Part shown: positions 52,791 to 64,000 of the stretch, piece by piece
Layout: each line of letters begins with the position of its first letter
How positions within the stretch are numbered: position 1 is the first letter of the stretch
From: Vicugna vicugna
Taxonomy: Eukaryota
Length of the DNA: 64,000 nucleotides
Assembly: GCA_013265495.1 (NCBI GenBank)
Contig: MU058384.1
Location: 4,575,239 to 4,639,238 of the forward strand
Direction of reading: 5' to 3'
The notes under the pieces: generated by a model
Database searches by the model: none
Told to the model about the DNA's origin: nothing
Seen by the model: only the letters and a program-made list of their open reading frames with translations
Position numbers and translations under genes: made by a program

Positions 52791-53410
52791 TCTTGGGAGT
52801 GAGCTCAGAAATCCATAAACAACTCTGTGGAGTCCCTTTACCATATTCTTCCCTCTGTGTCATTTCCCCTCTACTTTCTGATTCCTTGAAGTTCCCCTGT
52901 CAAGTCCTCCAGTCAAAAAGTTGGCACTTTGTTCATAGCTCTCTGTCACTCAGTGCTATGACAGCATCCGTATCTGGACCAAGTGGTGGGAGGACAGATA
53001 TAGAAAAACAGCAATAAAAGTTTGCCCCACCGTCATGGGACCGTACATCCTCCAATTGCAGAAGAAAGTTCGCTTCCCTCAGAGTCTGATGCACCTATGA
53101 ACTTTCACTGCTACCACTGTCACTATCAGGAGACCATTTTCCTGATCCTGTAGTTTGAACTAGGAAACTTCTGGAGCTCTCCCTGTCCACCCCAATGTGC
53201 ATTTACAGATTTTGGTTGCCTTGAGTCTAAGCTAGAAGATACCAGAGGAAAAAAAAAGATGAACTCACCACCAATTTAGAGGTACTTCAAATTCTGGTCT
53301 TCTTTCCAATCTCATCTGCTACTATTTATTTTTTAGAGTCCTCAAATATTTGCTCTGTGCATTTCAGTCCATGATTTATAGTTGCATTCAGTGGGAAAAA
53401 CAGGGTAGAA
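52790..53410 (-). mobile_element. Old L1M-associated fragment
   Basis: aactcaccacc...tcaaattctggtct...tgctactatttat...gagtcctcaaata...gttgcattcagtggga, resembling old L1M 5' sequence. Confidence 0.45.
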
Positions 53411-53947
53411 TGTATTCTAAATGACTCTCACCATATTTACTCCATATGTACACTCTGGAGTACAGACTATGGCAAAAAAGAACTGTGTTTCTATTAAGTA
53501 TTTTAGTGTTGTCAAATGATGCTAAATTTTCATCTTAGAGAACAGAAACAATCTGAGTATTCACCAAGAACAACAGCAATAAAACTGCCCCCCAAAACCA
53601 CTCTCTAGCCAATAAATATTTAAAAAAGAGTTCCAAGTAGACTGCTGTAGGGAGGGTTCATCAAGAGTACACATAAATTTTTTTAATTGTCAAAATTTGA
53701 TTTAATGGTCAAAATAGAGTATATCATTTTGTTATATAATCAGTAACAATTACTTTCACAGGTGGCTTGTTAATATAGTAAACTTTTTAAAATTGGTAAC
53801 ATTGATATGTAAAATACGTAGTGTTAAATGTCACTGCTTTGTCAATAAATGCTTCTACAGGCCTCCTTCACATAAAGAGAACGCTATTTTGAATTGTAGA
53901 GCAAGGATTCTGAGAAAGAGGTGGAAGAGATTTAAGGAAGAACTTAC

Positions 53948-54177
53948 TCAAATGTATCTTCCAACTTAGGTGCCAGGCAAGACTGAAAGCCTCCCAATGG
54001 AGAGTTGATTCTTTTGACTTACACCTCTACTCGTCTATGGAACCAAAGTGCTGAGCACCCAGTGGTTCGCCCCTCAGTTCCCCACTTTGGGACAAGGCTT
54101 TCACCGTACCAGCCGGTGGCCTGGCAAGTTCACTGCCTGGCCCAAGGCTCTACCCCTCTGGGGCAGCTCACTTCCAT
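53948..54177 (-). pseudogene. Pseudo-exon, C-type-lectin-like C-half
   Basis: Reads DGSELP../GPGSE...KALSQSGELRGEPLGAQHF. Donor TGA|GTAAGT. May be continuous with 54261-54370. Confidence 0.5.
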
Positions 54178-54260
54178 CTAAGGATGGTCAATGTGAGAAG
54201 GGGAGTCCAGGAGGCAGGCGTAGGGTACAAAGACCCGCCTCAGTTTAAGAAAATTCTCAC

Positions 54261-54370
54261 GAGCCATCTGAGCTCCTTGGGATGGTTGAAAACTGTTGTT
54301 AGTACATCACAGTTTTCCTTCTGTTCAAACCTGCTTCTGGGGTTGTTGCTGAGAGCATCCTCCAATAAAC
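54261..54370 (-). pseudogene. Pseudo-exon, C-type-lectin-like N-half
   Basis: atttatttgtggcag| and CTC|GTGAGA. Open frame LLEDALSNNPRSRFEQKENCDVLTTVFNHPKELRWL (cf. LxxIxxxxExxWL). Confidence 0.55.
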
Positions 54371-55239
54371 CTGCCACAAATAAATCTCTGTCTCTGTAAC
54401 ATCTTTTTCCAAATTGCCCTAAGACTACTGAGCAAAAGAGAGTGTAGGGAAAACACATATAAGCTAACAATACCATTTGTAAATTAGTTTTTCAGATCAC
54501 TTTCTTGCTTTAGAAAAGGAAATTAAAGTAACCCCAAAGTACTAAATCACCTAAGAGGAGGCAGAATGTGGGAGAAAATGCAAATCTTTTGACTCAGTAA
54601 TTTAACTCCAAATGAAATACCTAAAGCAGTTACCAGAAAGCCAAATGAATATTTATGTTCAAGGATGTTTGTTGCGCCATTACACATAACAGTGAAAACA
54701 ATCTAAATGCCCAAGGAGGGGTTTGCTATTAAATAGATGATGGAAATCTCACATTATGGCTGTTTCATTAAAGATCACATTATATAATGTTAAGAGGAAA
54801 AAAATTAAATATGATCTCAATAGTATTAAAAATATTTATAGATATGCATTTTTCAAATAATGATAATTTGCAGTTTAGTGAAAACATTGATAACTGTTCT
54901 TTCTATTTTTCTGACTTTATAAACTTTTACAACGGAATTGCATTTTTTATAACCAGAAAAAGGTTATGATTTCATGAGAAATAGTTTCAACAAATACCTA
55001 TAGCAAATTTCTTAACTAATAAAAATTACCAAAAAGAAAGGTAAAGAAACACTTTCTAAAGGTGTGTTATGTTTTAGCTGTCTTACAGGTGTCAAGGAAA
55101 GACAGAAATAATCATTTAGGCAAGATAGTGAACTTGGAGAATATTTCAATAATTGAAATTTATATTTGCACAATTATTAAGAGAAGGCTCCTCATTTTGT
55201 GGGGCTTGGTGAGAATTAGCTCTATTTTAAAACTGAATC

Positions 55240-55318
55240 CTCATAAAATGTCTATCTGCATGTACTTTTGAGTTTAAAAGAATTCCTTTGATGGATACAG
55301 CAGCTTGACACACATGAT
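55240..55318 (-). pseudogene. Pseudo-exon, SUEL-lectin-like C-terminus
   Basis: HVCQAAVS/KEFF*TQKYMQIDIL* (cf. C...FxDPCxxTxKYLx+xYxC). The acceptor appears mutated (ttttaa). Confidence 0.5.
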
Positions 55319-55649
55319 TTTAAAACAGAAGAATAAGTATACCAAATACTCCATCATAAGACTATATTGTGAGTATATAAAGAGGGTGAGAGACTAATTA
55401 AGTGTGAGATTATACTTCATATGATTGAATAAGCAAATATAAATAGATATACATTTAAGAATTGTACACAGGAAGTGCAAATGAAGTATCAACAAATAAA
55501 AATGTTATAGTAATAGAAGTATGTTCTTTGAACTGAGGACAAGACCCTACATGATATGATAAAATATAAATAAATGATGAAAAGCAAGGACTGTACAAGA
55601 TTTATGATGATGACCATGACTTAACTTTGATTTGAACTTAAAAGACCAG

Positions 55650-55820
55650 TATATGTATATTTTATGTATGTTTGTAGAGTGTTCTTCAACACAACAAAGT
55701 GAGTTTTGCTTGAAGTTTAGTCAAAGGATGGAAGACTGAATGAAAAGACAAAAGCAATAGTGGATTGTTTTAACCAAATAATATCTTGTACCATCACATA
55801 CAACTGTTTTGGTCATTTTT
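55650..55820 (-). pseudogene. Pseudo-exon, SUEL-lectin-like N-terminus
   Basis: cttcatttccttag| acceptor. Reads KMTKTVVCDGTRYYLVKTIHYC (cf. xxVCEG...YGRxxxxxC). 3' end uncertain. Confidence 0.55.
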
Positions 55821-56927
55821 CTAAGGAAATGAAGTGCCACAACAAAATGGGAAAAAAAATCACAGAGAAGAATGTTAAGTGGCAACATGGCAGCCAGATT
55901 CAGGAAGGGATAGGAAACAGTCATTGAGAGAAAGGGCTGATCCTCATTCCACTGAGACCCATGGAAACTGTAAAGTAGTCAGTAAGCAACATCACTAGTT
56001 CTATTAACCCTAACCTAACTGGTGTGTAATCTGAGGGCATTCTCTTTAGTAGGAGAGGCAGGATAAATACTTGTGGGAGTAGTTATGGGTTACACAGAGT
56101 AGACTCTTCAGAAAAATGCATTAAATGTGTCTGGGCAAAGACTAAGGAGACAATGAGAACTTCCACATATAATTATAAATCCCACCTTGGAAAACGGGTT
56201 TTGCTGTATGTTAGGACAATGGCAATGGATTTGTACTTCTAATATTTTTTAATTGACTTAGAAAAATTTAATTCATGGCTGAAAAATAATACTTAAGTTA
56301 GAAAAAGGATTATGTCTCATCCAATTGTATATAAAAAACAATTTTGTCGAGCATCAGCAGATTAGAGTCACTTTTACATCCATGATAATTTTGAGAAGTT
56401 AGTAAATCTAAGTTAATGATAAAAATTTCTTTGCATTACCAAAAGTGTGCTAACAAGTGTGCAGCTATTTCCAGGTTATTGGTGATTTCCAAACTATCAG
56501 GTCCCTCGATTTGCTTTCTTTAAATTGCCTTTCCTTTTTCTCTCTAAAAGTTGCAAATATATAAATATCCAGAGGATACTTATCATCCCAAGAAAAGAGA
56601 AAACTAAAATGAAAAGGAAATAGAGGATGTCAGCAAGACTGACTTTTAGACTGGGAGACAAGGAAGTTGTATGTATGCATACGTAAGCCCCACCTCCATA
56701 ATTTGCTCTAGAATGACGGCAGGTAGTAAAACTAAGGTTTTACAGTAACAGAACCCCAGGCAGTCTCATCTTGGTGAAGGCAACATAAAGAGCTGCTTGT
56801 TTATGTTCAATGTGTTTTGTTTTGCGTTCTGCTAATTAAAGATTAGTAGAAGATGAAGTATTTCAAAAATAGCTTCACCGTGAGTTTGAAGTAACTCAAA
56901 GGCCAAGAGCTGAGAGTATGTTCTCAC

Positions 56928-57107
56928 CTATGAATAACTTGATCCTTCAGTTAGAAAGGAATTAATCAAAAAGCACCAGCTATTCCTCTGTGTAATGACC
57001 TCCATATACAATAAAATAAAATATGGTCAAAGGGATGATTTAACGATCAAAGACCCACCAAGCCCTTCTTTGTATGGAAGTCTAATCAACGTTTCTGTCA
57101 CATCACA
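56928..57107 (-). pseudogene. Possible pseudo-exon
   Basis: tctccctag| and TAG|GTGAGA. Reads CDVTETLIRLPYKEGLGG...; domain unclear. Confidence 0.3.
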
Positions 57108-57404
57108 CTAGGGAGATTCTCTAAAAAGTACACTTTGCATAGTGACCTTAAAATAGCAGCCAGAGGCAGCTGACCAGATTACTTCACTGGTAACCAGCCC
57201 AGTACATAAGGTTCCGAATTTATGAGGTCAGTGTAAGTTTGAAACAGTTCATGAAACGATTCTAGCCTAAAGATCATGTTAAGAGAATTAAAAAAAAATT
57301 AAGGTTCTGTGAGCAAATAGTACTTGAGTAATAACATTCAGTTGAGATTTTTAGTCTATTAGTAGTATCAGCATTTTTTAAAAAGCAAAAATTAAAAGAA
57401 TTAT

Positions 57405-58640
57405 TTTTCCAGCTTTATTGAGGCATGATTGATGAATAAAAATGTACATACTTAGACTGTGCAATGTGATTTTTAACACTTACAACATGATGATTTAATA
57501 TACATTGTGAAATGATTAACCACAATCAAGCTAATTAACATATTCTTACCTCATTTAGTTACTTTGTATGTGTGTGGGAGGAACACTTAAAAGGTGCTCT
57601 CTTATCAAGTTTCAAGTTTACAACACATTATTATTAACTATAATCACCATGCTATACATTAGATCCCAAGAACTTAACTCAATTTATAATTGGAAGTTTG
57701 TATTCTTTGACCAATATCTCCCCATTTACTCCACCCCTCAGCCCCTGGCAGCCAGTGTTAAACTCTCTAGTTCTACGATGTAAACTTATTCAGATTCCAC
57801 ATATAAGTGAAATCATACAGTTATTTGTCTTTCTGTGTCTGGTTTACTTCACTTAGCATGCTGTCTTCCAGGTTCACTGATGTTATTGCAAATGGAGTAA
57901 CTTCCTCCTTTTAATAATATTCCATTTTGTATATATACTACATTTTTATTATCCATCAATTAACACTTAGATTGTTTCCAGGTCTTGGCTATTATGAATA
58001 ATGCTGCAATAAACGTGGGAGTGCAAATATCTCTTCAAGATACTGATTTCATTTCCTTTGGATACATATACACTCAGAAGTCAGATTGCTGGATCATATG
58101 GTAGTTCTATGTTTAATTTTTTGAGAAACCTCTATATTATTTTCCATAATTCTAGACCATTTTACACTTCCACCAACAGTATACTAGGGTTCCCTTTTCT
58201 CCACATTTTCACCAACACTTGTTATTCCTTATCTTTTTGAGAATAGCCATCCTAAGAGGTTTCAGGTGATATCTCATTGTAGTTTTGATTTACACTTTCC
58301 TGATATATATAATCTGGCATATGGTGTAAGACAAGGGTCCAAACTCATTATTTTGCATGTGAATACCCAGTTTTCCCAACAACGTTCATTGAAGAGAATA
58401 CCTTTTTTCCTGTTGTATGTTCTTAGTGCCCTTGTCAAAATTAGTTTACCATATATCTGTGAATTTACTTCTGGGCTTTCAATTCTGTTCAATTTGTCTA
58501 TGTGTCTGTTTTTATACCAATGCCACACCATTTTGATTACTATGGCTTTGTAATACAGTTTGAAATCAGGAACTGTGATGCTTCCAGCTTTGTCTTTCTT
58601 TTTCCTCCGTCTTTGTCCCTGCTTGGGCTATTTGAGATCT
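57405..58640 (-). mobile_element. L1MA-like 3' fragment with internal deletion
   Basis: Antisense 3' UTR, ORF2 end and WHWYKNRHIDKLNRIESPE (ORF 58274-58531). Confidence 0.92.
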
Positions 58641-59102
58641 TCTGTAGTTCTTTAATTTTTTTCTCACCAACATTTTATAGTTTTCAAAGAATTATTTTTG
58701 AAATTATTTCACTCTATCATTATCAGCAAGGTCATGGGAAATGGATTTTAACTTAGAGAAATGTAGTAAATCTTTGCTTAATTATTCATCACAGATGTTG
58801 TACTTAGAACATTTTCTCTAATACATGTTTTTAAGAAAGCAACTCTAGATTCCTTATAATTCAAAGATTCTTGGATGGGAGTGAGATCTCTGTCTCTTCT
58901 GTCTGCAAAACATAGGTAATAGGCCAGCATATAAGTCCCTTATAACACAGGGTCACCATTTGCTTCTTTAGCAGGAGAATTAGTCTGGACAACCTCTTAG
59001 CTCCACTGCCTCTCCTCTAGGGTGTGCATTTAGCTACTTTACTGTATCTTCTCTTCCAATGTAAGGTTATCTGGCATCTCACAAATGCTGGAATTGTCTT
59101 TA

Positions 59103-59446
59103 TTTTTTTTAACTTTTTTTTTATTGAGTTATAGTCAGTTTACAATGTTGTGTCAATTTCCAGTGTAGAACACAATTTTTCAGTTATACATGAACATACA
59201 TATATATATATTAATTGTCACATTCTTTTTCACTGTGAGCTACCACAAGATCTTGTATATATTTCCCTGTGCTGTGCAGTATAATCCTGTTTATCTATTC
59301 AGTATCTACAAATTTTGAACTCCCAGTCTGTCCCTTCCTACTTCCCACCCCCTTGGCAATCACAAGTTTTTATTCTATGTCTATGAGTCTGTTTCTGTTT
59401 CTTATTTACATTCTTTTTTTTTAGAGTCCACATATGAGCAATCTCA
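59103..59446 (-). mobile_element. Young L1 3' end
   Basis: Closely similar to the 33625-33950 3' UTR; tgtcttta on both flanks. Confidence 0.93.
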
Positions 59447-59932
59447 TGTCTTTAAAATATCAGTTTTGCTATATCCTAAGTAAAAACTAGTCATAGTCCT
59501 ATCCCATTCACACTGCTAGAGAGATGAAAAACAACTCCTTCAAGGCAAGTAAAATGGGCACTATTTCTACAAACTGAAATTTTTCATATGCTGGTAAGTC
59601 TAGTAAAAACACTTAATAAAACTTCAAAATGTTAGATAACACATACATATCTTATTTTATGTTATGTATTTGGCTTATAAGGAAGGAAATGTTAGTCTTT
59701 CTGTATTTCTTTTTCTTTTTGTTACAAAATATAAGGTCAGAAGCCATGGAAAGTTTAAAGGTAACAAATACCACTGTCCTTCAACCCAGAGATAGCCTAT
59801 GTTAACATCACAGGTTCCCTGATTCCATATGTTGTTTTACATAAATCACAAATGTCGAAAGACATAGACTCCCCATGCCACTTACAGATGACAAAAGCAT
59901 ACTGGTAAATATATTTTGTAAAGTACAGTCTG

Positions 59933-60189
59933 AAGATGTGGAGAAAAGGGAACCCTCGTGCACTGTTGGTGGGATTGTAAACTGATACCACCACTTTGGA
60001 AAATAGTATAGAGGTTCCCCCCAAAATTAAAAATAGAGCTTCCATATGATCCAACAGTTTCACTTCTGGGCATTTATCAAAAAAATATATGCACCCCTAT
60101 GTCCATTTCAGTATTATTTACAATAACTAAGATATGGAAGCAACCTAAGTGCCTATGAATAAAAGAGGAATAGAAAAAGAAGATGCAGC

Positions 60190-60245
<56 letters not shown>

Positions 60246-60730
60246 ATATATATATATGTAAAAAGCTCTGCCATAAAAACTGAAATCTTGTCAGTTGCAA
60301 CAACATGATGAATGGACCTGGACTATACTATGCTAAATGAAATAAGTTAGGCAGAGAAAGACAAATATCATATAATCTAACTTATATGTGAAATATAAAA
60401 AACAAAAAACAAAACAAAATGAAAGCAAACTCATAGATACAGAGAACGAATGAGTGGTTGGTTGCCAGAGAGGAAGGAGGTGAGGAATGAAATAGGTGAA
60501 GAGGATTAAGAGGTACAAACCTCCAATTATAAAATAAATAAGCTATGGTTATGTAATATACAGCATAAAGAATATGGTCAATAATATTGTAATAAATTTT
60601 GGAGGGACAGATGGTTACTAGACATCATGGTGATCATTTCATAATATATGTAAATGTCAAATTATTATGTAGTACATTTGAAACAAACAATATTGTATAT
60701 CAACTGTATTTCAATAAATCAATAAATAAA
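59933..60730 (+). mobile_element. L1MA-like 3' fragment containing (TG)n
   Basis: gatgtggagaaaagggaaccctcgtgcactgttggtggg...; (TG)n at ~60195-60241; (aata)n tail. Confidence 0.92.
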
Positions 60731-61414
60731 TTGGTGGAAGTATAAATTAGTACAATAAGGTTATTTATATAAGTCTTTCTTATGGAAATTATTAGAGTTG
60801 CATGCAAAGATATATGCATTAAGATGCTCATGTCAGTATTATTTCAAACAACAACAGCTCAAGTGTCTTAAATGTCTAATGACATAGAAATAGTTAAATA
60901 AAATCTAGTAGATAAACATAGTGGGTTATAATACAGCCATTATCATTTATTTTATTTTATATTTCTTAGGACATGATAAAATCCTCACAAAACAAATTTT
61001 GAACCAGGACTCATTTCTTAAAATGGGTGCTTTTCCATAAACTTCCTCACCCCTCAGTTAATAGATCTTTGGGGGGTCTATCACGGGCTTTCAGGCATGT
61101 TGAAATTCACAGGGAGGACACATACAGAGAAGCCTCAGACACTTGTTTTCCCACCTCCCATCCCCACCCCTAAGAATTGTAACTGAATTAAGCAAATATT
61201 TTTAATGAACCTACAGAATCTATAAAAATTTAGTTCACTTGAAATGAATACAATAAACTATGCAAAGACGAATTCAAAATCAAGAATATCATTGATCTGT
61301 TGTGAAAATAAAGAACCTTTATGCCTACAGAGTGACACTGCTCAGCTTACAGGTATTTAATATAACCTATATTAGTTAAATATAGTATAGTAAAGTTAAA
61401 AGTATACCTTTTAC

Positions 61415-61500
61415 CTGCTATAGAATGAAAACACATAAAGCAATCTGCACAGACACACTCTCCACACCAATCTTGTAAAACTACTAAGTGAAACTTTCAT
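61415..61500 (-). pseudogene. Possible signal-peptide (first coding) pseudo-exon
   Basis: agcATG...CAG|GTAAAA. Reads MKVSLSSFTRLVWRVCLCRLLYVFSFYS, hydrophobic, and lies upstream of all lectin-like segments. Confidence 0.35.
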
Positions 61501-63039
61501 GCTATTTTGAGTACTTACTGGTTAGAGTTTGTCATTATTGGACGTATTCATACACAGGACTGTTGTTTTGAGATCAGTCATTTCTAATAACAATTTCAAT
61601 GGAAGTCTTTTAAAATACTATGAATTATATGCTACAACTTCCCTGGTTTTCAGCATGTACAAACAGAGAACCACAACGGAGAACAGGCAGCCTGGTCACG
61701 TGCTTTGGAGAAGAAAGGGGAGAAGGAAAAGCAGGACTGGGAGTGGAGATAGGGATACCATAGCTTGGGTAGGTTGTTGAACCTCTCTGAGTGTCAATTT
61801 CCTCATCTGGCACATGGTAGTAATGATATCCACCCTACCTAGGTGACAAGATCACTGTGATGACCAAATGTGACCTGAAAGTGTTTGTGGAATTAGTCTA
61901 TCTATCAGGTATTAATAATAACTGAACTAGAGTGGGACCCTACTCTGATCCTTGGTTTCTCCATCAATACACTGTGAGGATGGAACAAATGAAAGGTTTT
62001 TCAAAATTATTTTTCAACAGATTCATTTTTCAAGCCAAATCTCAAATAGAACTTTGAAGTAAAGAACCTATGAAATACTTGTCTCAAACTCGCAAAATCT
62101 GTCACTGAAATTACGGTTCTTTCAGTAAAAATCATCACCTGGATGCCTACCTCTGCCCCAATAGTCTTTCATTACCTTAAAAAAGTTACCTGCTGCTGCT
62201 TCACTTTTGAAAAATATACATCATGGCTTGTTAAGCTCTAAATTAATTTTCTTACTATGTTCTCAAAACCTGAAAAGATTTAGTGGTTCCTCAAAGTGTA
62301 TGATAAAACAAAATGATTTCTTAGAGAGTTTCATTTTTAACTAGCATTCTTTAGTTTATTAAATGTGTGCATTAAAAAGAATATGTTCTATATACCTTTG
62401 GTTGATTAATGACTCTCATGCTAAGAGTAGGGCCCTTCATCAATGTCATGTGACAAATGAAAAGCATAATGAGAAACAGGAATATTTTCTGACTTCTAAC
62501 AATGTTCCATTCATCAGACCAGACTCACTTTTTTTATTAAGCATGAAAGAAAGCATGACAAATGTGGAATCCTTTCCAAACCTTTCCAAACCAAGACTTT
62601 GTACCTGAAAAATGACTTTGCCATAAATCTTGAAATATTTTCTCCTTTTACAGAACCAAGCAAGTACTATTTTTATGGCAACCATGGCTGGGGGTATGTG
62701 TGTGTATCTAACAATATAAAGTATCCATGCCTTTCTTACTAATACTCTACTTTTTATACAGTTGACTTTCTCTTATTAATTTTATTGAGTCATGTCCCTC
62801 TGCTTTAAAGAGAACGGGCTATCATTTGTGATACGGAGAAGTCTTTTCCTTAAGAACTTTAGCTATTTTCCATGGAATGTTTTGACTTCATAACATAGAG
62901 TATCATTACCCATATATTTTCCCCCATGCTAATTATAATGAAATCCTCAGTATCACTTTTTAAAAATAGAAACAGACTTTCAGTCTTTGTACAGTTATAA
63001 AAATGACTGTTAAATAAATAAGTAAAATATATTTTTAAC

Positions 63040-63700
63040 GTTAAGAAAATAAAATCACCCATAATCCTCTACTTAGAAATAACTTGATAAATACCTTCTT
63101 ATATATTTGATGCATTTGTAACTGTGTGTATTACTGAAATGGGACCCTACTTCTCAGTTATTTGATATAGAATGGATTTCTTTTAATATAACAAATATGA
63201 TCATCTTATCTTAATGGTTCTTTAGTAACCCATTGTGTAGAAATACCAACATGTATTTTTACCAGTGTTGTATTAGTAGAACTTACATTTCCAAGTATTT
63301 ATTATTATAAACAATTCAGTGATTAATATCCTTGCACTCTTGAGTATATATATTCAAAATCCATAACAGGTCCAGGCATCAATCAATCAAAACTGATGCC
63401 AACTACAGAAAAGAAAAGGTATAGCCTTCCACATTCAACTGAGTCTATATTAGCCTAATTTGTACTTATACAACTTTGCACATTTGACTAATTATTTTCC
63501 TGCAGGAAATTCTTAAAAACGGAACTGCTGAGTCAAGCATATACGCCTTTAAAAAGGATTTTGGAACATGCTCTCAAATTGTCTTTCCAAATAGCTCATT
63601 ATCCATTTACACTGCCACTAGCAGCATTATATGGGAGTACCCATTTTTCCAACATTCCTGACAACACTGAATATTATAAACTCTGCTAACTCGTGTGCAA
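63040..63700 (-). mobile_element. Old L1 (L1MC/ME-like) 3' fragment
   Basis: aaaatcacccataatcc...ggaactgctgagtcaa...atttacactgccactagcagc. Confidence 0.65.
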
Positions 63701-63714
63701 AAGATGGCATCTGG

Positions 63715-64000
63715 TAGATTGTATTAATAACCGTAAATCTTAGCCTCTACCTGTATCCATCTCCTTTACCATGTGACTTTGCTGTCTCTCTTATTAAAGG
63801 ACAAAATATATTCCTTTATCCTTTGATTCTGATTCTGTCACATCATTTGTTTTGGTAAATGGCATGCTGGCAGATATGCCACAAGCAGAGGCTTGATGAA
63901 CATTTGCACAGCTGGGCTTGCATGCTTGTGTTTTACCATCACCACAAGAAGGACATGCTTGGATTAGTCCACTAATCCCAGGGAAAGGATGGAGCCCTGG
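63715..64000. mobile_element. MLT1-type LTR (runs off window)
   Basis: ccatgtgactttgc...ccacaagcagaggcttga...gggcttgc...gaaggacatgc. Confidence 0.7.

Larger units (their letters stand above)
420..61500 (-). pseudogene. Decayed multi-exon (unprocessed) pseudogene of a mosaic SUEL-lectin / C-type-lectin / EGF extracellular protein
   Basis: About 29 minus-strand exon-like segments in non-repeat DNA, most with AG/GT boundaries. Several well-formed short introns (14447-14534, 27760-27835, 37196-37273). Degenerate motifs: SUEL-like (KTVVCDG, TQKYMQID, GKVKCRV, SGKNPCTV, CSGQYWC), CTLD-like (WKNA..GRLAVV..YW, FWSEG, LSSV..E..LWI) and EGF-like (DPCQNG, CKC..PGFTG, DACFSQP). Almost all carry stops or frameshifts. 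Confidence 0.7.

Noticed and set aside
420..61500. Naming the pseudogene EYS, PKD1L2, EVA1C or a latrophilin
   Set aside because: I see no laminin-G, REJ/GPS/TRP or 7TM remnants, and the peptides do not match what I recall of those proteins; left unnamed.

Overview
AT-rich, repeat-dense mammalian genomic DNA, most likely from a camelid: it carries four tRNA-derived Vic-1-type SINEs and young L1 3' ends. I see no intact protein-coding gene; the longer ORFs in the track are L1 ORF2 remnants, transposase remnants or noise. Much of the window is interspersed repeat (L1 of several ages, L2, MIR, MLT1 LTRs, hAT DNA transposons including a long decayed Charlie-type element). The main unexplained signal lies in the unique DNA between repeats. 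On the minus strand, about 29 exon-sized segments spread over ~61 kb (61500 down to ~420), most with AG/GT boundaries. Allowing for stops and frameshifts, they translate to fragments resembling SUEL/rhamnose-binding lectin, C-type lectin and EGF domains, in a coherent order behind a possible signal-peptide exon. I infer a heavily decayed, unprocessed (possibly unitary) pseudogene of a large mosaic lectin/EGF extracellular protein that I cannot name. Domain calls are by-eye motif matches and need tBLASTn/HMM confirmation. Other points of interest: a ~570 bp inverted templated duplication, a 110 bp orphan retrocopy with a perfect 19 bp TSD, a twin-primed L1, a very recent 127-133 bp tandem duplication, and a candidate plus-strand 32 nt cassette exon. 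Repeat boundaries and subfamily names are approximate.
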